DNA from: Yuukianura sp. NJ FZ-2021
Taxonomy: Eukaryota
Length of the DNA stretch: 64,000 nt
Direction: 5' to 3'
NCBI GenBank assembly: GCA_046563655.1
Contig: CM102287.1
Span: forward strand, 10,478,001 to 10,542,000
Below the pieces are notes generated by a model that was given only the letters and a program-made list of their open reading frames with translations, made no database searches and was not told the origin of the DNA. How positions within the stretch are numbered: the stretch's first letter is position 1; every line of letters starts with the position of its first letter. Made by a program: the position numbers and the translations under genes. Positions 41,371 through 60,886 of this stretch are shown in pieces.

Positions 41371-41876
41371 GGTGACAGGAAGTGGCTGCGTGCCCAGCCG
41401 CCGACAGACAGACTTTTGAGAGGGAGTACAAAGGGATCTTTTATAGGCTCTGCCCCACCCTCCCACTCACGGTGGGGAGGAAATGCAAGGGAGACCTTGG
41501 TGGGTGGGTGGGAAGGGAAAGTGGCTCAAATGACCTCAATTCCACCCAAACACGTTTCCTTCCCCACTTTCACTCAAACCCGTTCCCCACTTGACCTCAA
41601 CCCAATGACCTTCAGGCACTCCACCAATCCACGTACTCAGCTACTCACGTCACTCCTTCCAAAATGGTCCAAATACTACACACTTTCCATCTTTTCACTC
41701 TTCGACCATTTTACTGTCCACTTTTTCACCTCCTTACTTGAGACCAATTTAGTTGGACAATAAGAGTAGTTTGGATGAATTAGAGAAGAATTCCCATGGA
41801 AGAGCAATGTACCGTCAGAGGGCCTTTATTCTTGGTTCCCAGAACTAATCGTGAGGAGGCCCTTGACCCCCTTCCC

Positions 41877-44121
41877 TTAAGGCGTAATTCTTTTGGGGTC
41901 GCGTGGGAACATGGATGTTTTCCGAATGTTGTCCAGTCCCAGGTAGAGCATCGTCACTCTCTCCAGTCCAATCCCTCCTCCTCCATGCGGAACACACCCG
42001 TACTTGAAGGAGTCGATGTAACTCCGGATCTTGTCCACATCCACACCATGAATCTTCGCACGTTCAGCCAACATCTACAAAAAACAAGGATGAGAACAGA
42101 ATGAAAATGACTAAGCATCTCCCTCAAGGCCGCTTCTTAGAACACAAAAAGTGATTTTCCCAAGTACAACCACCACAGAGGTCACTCCAACAAAAAACCA
42201 ACTCTAATCCCACAATCTCTTTCGTCTATACAAATTACTTTCAATTGAATTTATCAATTCAATATTTACAAGTAAAAAGTAGGCCCTTTGAACTACAGGA
42301 AACTTGGAATGCCTAACTATTGCTAGAGGCTGTAATGGGACTTGAATAGTCGGAATTGAATTTTAAAATAATGTAAAAGAAATGAAGACTTACTTGAGGG
42401 TCGTGAATTCTTTGTGCTCCAGACAGAATTTCTTCTCCCCTCATGAACATGTCGTATGAATTGGAATACTTGGGGTTAGTGGGATCAGGCATTGTGTAGA
42501 ATGGCCTCACTGCCAGAGGGTATTTGTCCAGAATGAAAAAGTCAGTGTCGTATTTGGCTTTGACCAGTCGACCGAGCAGCTTCTCATTCGGAGTGGACAA
42601 GTCTTCTTCGTCTCCCATCTCCACTCCAGCCTCTCTCAGGAGTTCCACTGCATAGCGATACTCGAGACGCAAAGGTGGGTCCAAGAAGGTGAAGGGGGGA
42701 CAGGGATACTGGCGTCCCACCGTCTCCACTTCTCTTCCGTACTTCTGAGCGAGTCCTCTGAAGATGGATGTGAAGAGGTTCCCAATAGTATCCACCACTT
42801 CGTGGTAGTGCGAGTCAAAGGCCATTTCCAAATCCAGTCCAATGAACTCTGTCAGATGTCTGTGCGTGTTGCTGTCTTCTGCACGGAACACAGAGCCAAT
42901 TGTGTAAACTCGCTCAAAGTCCCCGGCAATCGCCATTTGCTTATAGAGTTGTGGACTCTGGGCCAAGTAGGCAGACCCCTTGAAGTACGACACTGTGAAC
43001 ACATTGGCCCCGCCCTCACTTGCAGCAGAAATGATCTTTGGCGTATGAATCTCAACAAAGTTCTACCAAAAAAAATTCCTTAGTTTGTGAATCCCATTTT
43101 GCAGAAATGATATTGATGTTACCTCTTTGTCTAAAGCGTCTCTGAACAGTTTGCATACCCCTGCTTCTACTCTGTAAATCGCTTGATTCGTAGGAGTTCT
43201 CAAATCCAGAATTCGATTGTCAAGTCTTGTATCTTGGTTAACTCGGATATTCAAAACGTCTTCCTAACAAAGAAAAGCAATACAATATTTAAAAAAGGAA
43301 TGAGAATTATTAGAAATTGTTAAGGATGGTTGACCTGAGTTTCTCCTTCCGGTGGAAGTTGGCGAGAAGCATCATCGATTTGAAGCGGAAGTTTAGGTTG
43401 AGCCAAACTGACGACCCAAAACTCTTGACAAGCAAGTTCCACTTCTGATTGAGTACAGGAGTCGATAGTTTTCTCTACTCGCTTCACCAGCCCCTTCACA
43501 TCCACGATAGACTCCTTCGGAATACTGAAAAGAGAGGGAAATGAATAATTGTTGTCTTATTTCTGTAATTTGTGAATTTACTTGGAGACGAATTTGAGCA
43601 TTTGCTTGCTGATTCCTTGAGGTGAAACTGCGAGAAATCCTTGGACGGTAGAGGTGCCTTGACGAAGGACGACAAAGCACTGCTTTCCCTTGGCTCGACT
43701 CGTGTGCAGTCTCCCTCTGACCCAAACACTTTCCTCCGCAATGTCCAGTCCAATGTGCCCCACTCGCGTAACCACTCTGTCCACTCTCCTCTGCGACTGA
43801 TTCAGCGGAAGAGACCCATACTTCCCTTCACAGTTGTCCACTTCAACATCAACCGCCTCAGCAGCCTACAATATAAAGAATCAATTAGATTTAGACAGTA
43901 TAAGCGGTTTATGTTTGAAGCCTCACTTGAACAGCCTCTCTTCGAGTAGCTTTGAGCGCTTCCTTTGCCTCCTTCTTCGCTGCTTTCTTGGACTTGTCTG
44001 CGCTAGCCCTGCAACAAATAGCAATTAACTTCCATCTCTAAAGCAAAGGAATTCCATCCAGTTAGGAATGACTCAGGAAATGTTCTTACGCAGTTGGTCC
44101 ACTTCCATCGTTCAGCACCAT
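41877..44121 (-). CDS. DARS1: Aspartyl-tRNA synthetase, cytoplasmic
   Basis: [97 protein letters not shown]. Confidence 0.97.
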
Positions 44122-44435
44122 CTTCCTCTCACTAGATTCTGGAAATGACACACTCTCAATCAATTGTCAATACAAACCAATTAACTATAAATTAATCAAT
44201 AATTAAAATTAAGAATGCGGTGATTCAACACAGCTGGTCCGTACCGGTATCGTTCCTCTGTATCGGATCAGCTGGCGGTACGACCGGTACGGTACAAGGG
44301 GAGTTACACTAATCCTCTGACTTTTCCCCCTCTCACCTTCAATTCAGCTAGGACATAGGACAGCTCCATTTAGTTTCCAGTTATTAATTACGCAATTAAC
44401 TGAATTGCTTCATTAATTAAACCAAGAACAGTGGC

Positions 44436-44704
44436 ATGTTGAAGCGTCCTCCCAAAACTACTCTGTTCCTGGACAAACTTCATCGTGGGGCAGTGTTCGC
44501 TTGCATGGGAGTGACCTTGGCAGGACTATTCGTCTGTGGAGAGGTAACTACTGCCACTTTATTATAAAAATCACTTACTATTCAGTTAATTATCAATTAC
44601 TCTTTTCATTTCAGCACTTTGTCCACTACCTCGTACGCACGAAACCCCAACAAACGGCTGCCAAAGAAGCACTCCTCATCGAACAACCCAATCCAACACA
44701 CTGA
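44436..44704 (+). CDS. Small single-TM protein resembling cytochrome c oxidase assembly factor COX14 (~65 aa, two exons)
   Basis: Exons 44436-44543 and 44615-44704: MLKRPPKTTLFLDKLHRGAVFACMGVTLAGLFVCGE|HFVHYLVRTKPQQ...PTH*. GT-AG intron keeps the frame; the D-x-L-H-x-G...G-x-T-L-x-G pattern is as I recall for arthropod COX14. Confidence 0.72.
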
Positions 44705-44782
44705 TCAATAACATCTCCACAACACTCATCACAACTCTCTCTTCTTCATCTTAGTCCAGCTTATTATTTGAGCCAGACAACA

Positions 44783-45394
44783 ATGTTCGTGACAAGATTG
44801 TGCATTCGGACAACACTCAAATCAAGAGGTGGCCCTGGAAAGAGAGACTTAAGTCAATTCTTGCCACTTCGCACGCTATCTTCTGCCACACAACCTGGAG
44901 TGAGAGAGGCTCTGTTGAAACTGGGCAAACTAAATCATGTAGCCATTGCTACTCTCAATCTTCCCAAAGCTACTGCAATGTACAGGTATAAATAAATACA
45001 ACTATTTCCCACCGGAAGTATGAAAATGAGGACTTACTATTTGGTTGCCACTTGCAGGGATGTGCTGGGGGCTCAAGTTTCTGCTCCTCAAGATCTTCCA
45101 GCTCATGGTGTGACGACAGTGTTCGTAGATTTGGGCAACACCAAGATTGAACTGCTCCAGCCACTCGGAAGTGGTTCGCCCATTCAGAAGTTCCTGGACA
45201 AAAGTCCGGACGGGGGGATTCATCACGTTTGTATCGAAGTGGAAGACGTCTACAAGGCAGTCCAATTCCTCAGGAAGGATGGGAACATTCGTGTTCTGGA
45301 TAAAGAGCCAAAGATTGGAGCACATGGGAAACCAGTCGTCTTTCTTCATCCCAAGGATTGCGGAGGAGTTCTCGTCGAATTGGAACAAGCCTAG
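44783..45394 (+). CDS. MCEE: Methylmalonyl-CoA epimerase, mitochondrial
   Basis: Arg-rich leader, LGKLNHVAIA...YR|DVLGAQVS...HGVTTVFVDLGNTKIELL...GGIHHVCIEVED...PKIGAHGKPVVFLHPKDCGGVLVELEQA*. Confidence 0.96.
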
Positions 45395-45569
45395 AAACCA
45401 AAGTCCAAATGTTAGTTACTAAATTCAAATTCTAAAAGTTAGAATAAATGACCATCCAATGTAGGATCCATCTTAACATTTATTCACTTTAGTCTACTTT
45501 AGCCTCCTTCTAGGCATTGGAACGACTTTCCTTGACCCAGGCAGTCAAGGAAAGGTGGAATACAAGAGT

Positions 45570-46081
45570 TTAGCTAAGAGGAGGGGCAGTCGGTGGCGGC
45601 GGCGGGGGAGGATGCAGGTCTTGGCCGTGGTGTCCATGGCAATCTTCGCACTCATCTTCTGACTCTGACGAAGATTCTCCAAACATCCTTGGTTTCTTGT
45701 AGATGCAGCAACCTGAACAGACCAACTATGACGAATGAATTAAGTGAATGGGTACTTGAGGCACTTACACTTGGACTTCTTTTTGTTCATCGTTTCGTTG
45801 TCCACTGTTTCCGTCGTGAATCCCACCTTCTTCCCCTTCTTCTGCGCCTTCTTGAGACGAAGAACGAGACGGGGCCCTTCCACTTCCTACAATTGTTTCA
45901 CTTGACTTATTTCGTCTACTTTTACAAGTTGTAAGTGGGAATTAATGTGATGTTGTTTTACCTGTTGTGTGGTGGGTTCCAGTTGCAAAGTGACAGTGGA
46001 GGTGGTAGGTAAATTTGTGGCGGTGGCAGGAGGGCGGACAGTGGCGGTGGGTACTCGATCCTCTTCCTTTACATCCGCCAT
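45570..46081 (-). CDS. PPP1R11: Protein phosphatase 1 inhibitor-3
   Basis: Spliced LVLRLKK...KKVGFTTETVDNETMNKKKSK|CCCIYKKPRMFGESSSESEDECEDCHGH; stop TAA at 45570-45572. Confidence 0.92.
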
Positions 46082-47617
46082 TCACTCGATTCTTCCTTCC
46101 AGGTCAAACTAATTTCAGCCTTCAGGAGTAGCTCGGCGCCGGATACGAAAAAAATATATTCAATTTCTGGAAAGAAAACAATGAATTTATTATTCTGCAT
46201 TCTATTATATTTATACTTATATTATATTATTATAAATTCAATAGTTAATACTTGGAATTCATTCAAATTAAATCCAAACGTCAAAAAAAGTCTAAATCTA
46301 AAAGTCTGCTTTACAAAAAAAAATGGGAGGGTTTGAAATTGTAAATTATTTGATTTGAATAAGAATTTTTGGCGCCCCAAAATCTTCTCACGTTGCCCCC
46401 AGCTTATAAGAAAAACGTAAAATATTTAGAGTTGTGTGCAGTTAGGGTGCCTGTCTAATCCTCAGCCTCCAATCCTAAGTAACTGAACAGTGCTAATTCC
46501 GACGAATAGTAAACTCCCTGCGTATATGTAAACTAATAAATAAGTTACGAGGCCTGGCGAATCCTGGGAATGGATCGATAATTTCTCCGGGCTAACTGAA
46601 CTGAACTATAAAAGTTATAATTAACTGGGGTTAATTACGCTTCTTTGAAAGCCTGAAAGCGTTAGGTAAGTCAATTGAGGTTTGTAGTGTAACCACAATG
46701 TATCTAATGAAAAGGATTCCCTAATGCATAAGTCCATTAACTAATTGCGTCCATTTGTACAGATTGGCTTGAGGAAGTCCATCGCTGTGGAATGGATCGA
46801 TACGGAAGAAGGAGAAAGGAGTAGGAGCGTCAAAAGGTAAATGAGAACATGTAGGATTGATCAGTTGATGGTTTGAGTAATAGAAGTTGAATCTGTGTGT
46901 AGGTGTGATCTGAGATGGAAGGGGTGAAAAGAAGATCATTGTTTGTGTCCTGCTGTGTAACGGATCCAGTAATTACTCCCGTCAACAACACTTCACACAC
47001 AGGAGGTCATTCTATGCCGCAAAGGAACTGGAAAGAGTCTCCTGTGGCGAGGAATTGGAGTGGAACAACTGCGTAAGAGGCACTGACCGAGGGAACATGT
47101 TGGATGGGGAGAGATTGAATGGAAATAGAATGTAGGTTATTGGCTTGGAATTGGAGAGGGACTGAGATTTGAGAGGGGAGATGCAGAGTGGAATGTGCTC
47201 TTACAATTCCTTTGACACCTCTCCTTAAGTGGTGTGATAGTGAGTCTATTTCGTCAGTCCGAGAGGAGTCATAAGGTGGAGGGGAGGACACGTATTACGT
47301 CAACTCTACTTTGCTTTTGATCCTCAGTCAACTGGTCGAATGTCACTCCGGTGACGACCACACTTCCACTTAATTCCACTCATTAATCCAAACCAACCTC
47401 ACTTTACAGCTACGAATAAGGAAACTTTGTACAAATGTTGAGAAACATGCAAAGTATTGGAAACTAACATCTTGTGCTTCCTTGTAGGGAATCACCAACA
47501 TCCAACAACAGCCCCAAATCCACTCAAGGTCAGTCACATCACAACTATTTGAATAAGTTTGAATGGACTTGATTACAAGATTGGATTTCATTAGGAGAAC
47601 TCACATTAGGAGATGAA

Positions 47618-48954
47618 ATGGGGGATCTGGAGAGTCCACACTACGTCAAACGAACAGCTCACATCTTCCAATCTCAAATCATCACAACTCACGTAATTTA
47701 CAACTCTACTAATCTTTATTTCCATTTCATAGTAAACTATATTCTCATTCTCCAGAATTCAAATCCAGCACCGTCCCCGTCCTATCTGAAGGTTGCTCGG
47801 TCAGTGAGCGGCTACTCCTCTCTGTCCTACAATTCAAGTCAACAGTCAACTGAAGTGAGAGTGTGTCACAAAATCCACCCAGCATCCGCACCACTCCCCC
47901 AACCAGCCCCACCACTCGCCTCACCTTCTCTCGTCGGCAAGGTCTCCAACCCCAACTCACTCATCATCCAGAGAATCCAGCGTCTCTATGGAACCAACAC
48001 TCCCCTCTCCACAGCAAACCACAGCACAGAGACACTCATTCCGATCCAGAGAGAAACGGAACAGTCCTCTGCCTCTCCGTCCAGTCAACACTTCGGCCAG
48101 TCCACACAACCATCAGAAACAATTGACTCCTGCAAGGAAGAGCCAGTAGCCATGAGTCCAGTTAAAGATGGCAACTATTTCTTGGACCAAATGGACCAAG
48201 AGAAAGACAAGATTCAGAAGTTAATCTGGGCGGCGGAAGAGGAACTGGCCAAGATGGAGGGCGAGAGTGAAGAAGAGACAGGGAAGATACGAGCAGCTAT
48301 CGGCAAAGCACGACTCCTCCTCAACAAGAAGTTCAAGCAGTTCCAAGGACTTTGTGAGACGAACCTCGTAAGTCACTTTTTGATCTTGATTCAAATGAAG
48401 TTTGTGCCTAAGTTCCTCAATTGTTTGTAGAATGAAGGGTTGAAGGGAGTTGGAATCAACGAACCTTTTTCGACGAAGAACGAAGATTTAGCTGGATTTT
48501 GGGACATGGTTCTCATTCAAGTGGATCACATCCACACTATCTTTGCAGAACTGGACCCCAACCATACTCCACAAACCAAGGTCACAGTTCACCCCTCCAA
48601 TAAAATCATAAATTCATTAAAAAAAGTAATGTTTGTTTTGCTAATAGGTGTCAGAGGATGCCGTAGACAAAAATAGTCCACCAAAGAGTCGCCCTAAGAA
48701 TCCAGTGAAAACGAAAGCTACAAAACCAACGACAGTCTCTTCCACTGCGTAAGTCAAACCTCAACTGTAAATGTGGCTGAAATCAGGAACATGTTTACAT
48801 GCTAATTGATTCATTGTGGATTGACAGAGATGCTAATCGTCGGAAACTGCTGGCTGAGAAGCGGAAAGCCATGAAGGCACTTAATCACAATGGAAATGCA
48901 GACTCTGCCTTGGACATTCAAATTTTGAGCTCCATGCCACAGAAGGAAGACTAA
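47618..48954 (+). CDS. GKAP/SAPAP-domain protein (DLGAP family, vulcan-like)
   Basis: KDGNYFL...GKIRAAIGKARLLLNKKFKQFQGLCETNL...NEDLAGFWDMVLIQVDHIHTIFAEL (GH1 domain); last exon RRKLLAEKRKAMK...DIQI, stop TAA 48952-48954. Start codon uncertain. Confidence 0.85.
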
Positions 48955-49217
48955 TCTCCAGTCGGAAACTCCACTCACTTGCATGCCCACTCTAATCAGT
49001 ATTCCTAATTTGTCTAATCATAATCAAGTGGGACTGGAATGGAATCTGCTATTTTCTATTTTCATATTCCACATTAACGTTACATTTTTGACTAATTGTT
49101 TTGTGTGCTAAATATCGAATCATTGGACCTTCCGGAATATTAAAGGCACTTTCCACTACTTCTGACCTTTGTCCCTCAACTTAAACATTTGGAGAGTAGT
49201 AAAGTGTAAACTTACTT

Positions 49218-49787
49218 TTAGAAGTTGTTGATGGAGTCCTTGGTTAGTTGAAACAAGTAGCCAAATTTGCCAGATCGGAGAGCGAGGTCATAGGGAGTGT
49301 CTCCAGCCTTATTCCGAATGTTGCAGTTGATGGATGGATGGAGAAGCAGAAGCGTGAGACACTCTGCTTTGCCAGAGTCTGCTGCCAAGTGAAGTGCAGT
49401 GTGTCCTCCGTCTGATACTGCGTTAACTTCTGCTCCGTGTCGCAGTAGAATGTCCAACGATGAAAATGCGTTCCATCGGGCGGCGGAGTGGAGAGGAGTC
49501 CAGCCAATTTGGGTCCGAATCGTCACTTGAGCCTTGTGTTCCAACAGAAACGCTACGCAGGCAGATTGGTCGGAATAGGCGGCACGGTGGAGCTAATAAC
49601 AAACAAACATTTGACTAGACTTGAAATAGAAACTTGTAGGTTTAGCAATGATTTGTAGAGTTCTTACTGCGGTGTACCCGTCCTCGTCTTGGAAGTGGAT
49701 GAGTTGTGGGTTTCCCTGGAGAATGGCCTCCATCTTGCACAAGTCTCCAGTCTCCCCACACTCCAGCAACTCAACACCTCCTTCCAT
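49218..49787 (-). CDS. ANKRD49: Ankyrin repeat protein, ANKRD49-like
   Basis: DEDGYTA|LHRAAYS, GWTPLHSAARWN, LLRHGAEVNAVSDGGHTALHLAA, NKAGDTPYDLALRSG...LFQLTKDSINNF*. Confidence 0.85.
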
Positions 49788-49795
49788 TTCCAAGC

Positions 49796-50691
49796 CAAGT
49801 GGAACCGGAAAATGGACGTTTCAGAATTCGTAATTCGATGATTGACACCTCCACCTTCCACTTGTTTTTACACGACTGTCTGTGAACACACAAAAAGAGA
49901 TGGAATTAACAGAATGAATCCTCCATCCTAACACACAGCTTCACTTAATTACAATTAACTTTAATTTAACTTTAATTTAATTTAAAATTTAATTCGTAGC
50001 TCTACCTTTTGCCTTTGAGAAAGCGAAAAGCAAAAAAAATTAAAGTTGTTTTGATTTTGATTTTTGAATTTTTGAAAAGAGTTCGCGCCAGTCGAATCCG
50101 TCTCAAGCTCAAAGTGTAGTTGCGCCTAATGGTCGGATAACAATGGGAGCAGTTTGTGTTGTTTTCGGAGGATTAGCCTCCAAGTGGACTTGGATTGCAC
50201 TTGAGACGAAATGACAGAAACAAAAGTTGTAAAAGCAGCTTGTCCGCACGGCGGTCCGCACTCGGAATTGAGATTCACATAAATAGTTCGGAGGAGGAGA
50301 GAATTGGTTGAGCTTCCCTTTTATATGAAGACGAAAGGAGTAGAACGAAGGAGTGTTTTACTCTTTTGGAGTTGGATGTTGGGGGAGTGAGTGGGTGGCA
50401 ATGGAAAAAATGCATGGAGGGACCATCACAACTCCAAACCCCCAAAAAACAAACACTTTGAGTGAAAAAACGGAGCTAGAGCTACTAAATTAAATTTTAA
50501 ATTAAATTTTAAATTAAATTAAAGTTAATTGTAATTAATTGAAGCTGTGTTAGGATGGAGGATTTGATCTGTTAATTCCATCTCTTTTTGTGTGTTCACA
50601 GACAGTCGTGTAAAAACAAGTGGAAGGTGGAGGTGTCAACCATTGAATTGGAATTGGGAATTCTGAAACTTCCAGTTTCCGGTTCCACTTG
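49796..50691. repeat. Inverted repeat, arms 49796-50004 and 50477-50691 (~210 bp), ~470 bp spacer
   Basis: TTGACACCTCCACCTTCCACTTGTTTTTACACGACTGTCTGTGAACACACAAAAAGAGATGGAATTAACAGA is the exact reverse complement of ~50568-50639. Confidence 0.95.
50158..50289. repeat. 132 bp dispersed repeat, copy 2 (upstream of ANKRD49)
   Basis: Same orientation as, and near identical to, 28297-28428. Confidence 0.95.
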
Positions 50692-50893
50692 ACATACAAA
50701 TGTTCAACAAAGTTCAACTAAGAATCAACTGATCATTGCATGATTGTGGAAAGGAGATCCAAAACAAAGGTAAGGAAGGGCGAAAGTTAACATTTAACTG
50801 GCAATGGCAATCCTTGTTATTTATTCCAAATCCAATTGTAGTTTTATAATTTCCTTCCATAATATAATTCCCTGTGGTGGTTGGCAGGTACAC

Positions 50894-52137
50894 TTAAGCT
50901 AGAGCATCCACTGATGGTGGTTGTTGACAGTGGACATTGAAGTGAGCGTCCTTCCTTAGCTCTTCCCATTTCCCTTCGAAGAAGTGGTGGATGAACAGAC
51001 GACGACGTGTTTCTGCTGCTTCGGCGGTGCTTTCCCTATTCTTGTGGCCCATCTACAAGTCAAAAGAAACATGAAGGTCAAAGTGGAGATGTCAAGGATT
51101 GGTTGTCACCTGAAGCATTGCCATGTGATTCACTTGGAACTGGAAAATGGCTCCGAGTAAGTGCCAGTAGGTGAACTGAGGCCAGAGGACTTTCGTGTAG
51201 CACACAACGCTCTCAGCACTCTGTCAGACACATTTAATAATGTTAATTGAACAGTCAGCTGATTTTCATCTAATGTTGTACAAATTCTTTTTATTGGGTA
51301 AATAAAAGAAACCTGCCACAGAAGAAAGTCTGACAATCTTGTTTCTCCAGAGGTTCGGATAAGTAGATCGAGGGGAAATGTAGGCATCCTTTGGAAAGTC
51401 CTTTCCATCAATTCCTCGTTCAAATCCGACGGGATCAAGTGGCCATCTCGAACTCCTTTCTCCAGTGTCTGGACAGCGCGTGTCACTTGGTTTCTTGCTG
51501 TATAGGCAAAGGCTACATTCAGCTTGACTCGGCGATTGTGTCGAGTGATGAGCATAGCTTTGGCCATGACTTCCCGTAGTGACTCTGGGACGAGAGACCA
51601 GTCGCCAACAACCTCCACGCAAACACCCTCTTCATTGAGCCGATTCCTAAAAGAACAAACGAAAGATAATACATAAGATACGAAATATGAATGAAATAAA
51701 GTTTAAGTGGACTGATGTCTTACTCTTCCGAGAGAAGTTGTGTGAATTTGTCTTGTGCCAATTCCAGTAGTCCTGCCACTTCCTCTGGACTTCTCCTGAA
51801 GTTTTCAATGCTGAAGACGAAGACTGTGACTTGAGTGATGCCGAGGTCCAGACACCAGCGCAGAGTTTGTGCCAGTTTGTCAAACCTGTGAACAAGTAAG
51901 AGATTTAGAATAGTACTGGATAAGAGTTGTGTTGTTCCCTTACCCTTTGACATGCCCTTGTATTTGAGGTACGGAGGATCTAGCTGCGAATCGTCTGTTT
52001 CCATCCAGAATGAATCCAACGTGTTTTGGAAGTGGACCCACACTTAGCACATTTCCACTCAGTTTCTGGATCCAGGATCGCTCATCTCTGTCTCCAATCC
52101 AACTGTTTCGCTGTGACTGGACGTTATTCCAACTCAT
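50894..52137 (-). CDS. DHDDS: Dehydrodolichyl diphosphate synthase (cis-prenyltransferase)
   Basis: MSW...[18 protein letters not shown]...[37 protein letters not shown]...LNVAFAYT...[19 protein letters not shown]...[11 protein letters not shown]. Confidence 0.96.
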
Positions 52138-52460
52138 TTAGAATGAAGACTAACGATTAACAATTGATGAGGAAATTAACTTTTAACTTCAATGTGTCTC
52201 AAGTTCAAAGTAGAGTCGAGTCTAATAGTCGGATAACCATTCTGCAGTTTCTCTTCTTTTCCGAGAAATAGTGTCCAAAAATGCGGGAAATGATTTTGAA
52301 ATTAGGGAAACAGTGCGAAGTGATCATGTGACTAGGTTTGGGTTCCCCCTCTTCCTTACCAACTGAGTCCTTCTCCTTTCTTCAATTGAAACAGAGACAG
52401 AGTCAAGGGGACACGAAATCAATCAAAACAATGGTCACCGATTAATCAACTAATTAACCA

Positions 52461-60886
<8,426 letters not shown>

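Noticed and set aside
47618..48954. Calling the GKAP-domain gene DLGAP5/HURP (mars) because of nearby E2F/CHR-like words at 46330-46380
   Set aside because: The DGNYFL motif and RRKLLAEKRKAM...DIQI ending look more like SAPAP/vulcan; orthology cannot be settled without a tree.
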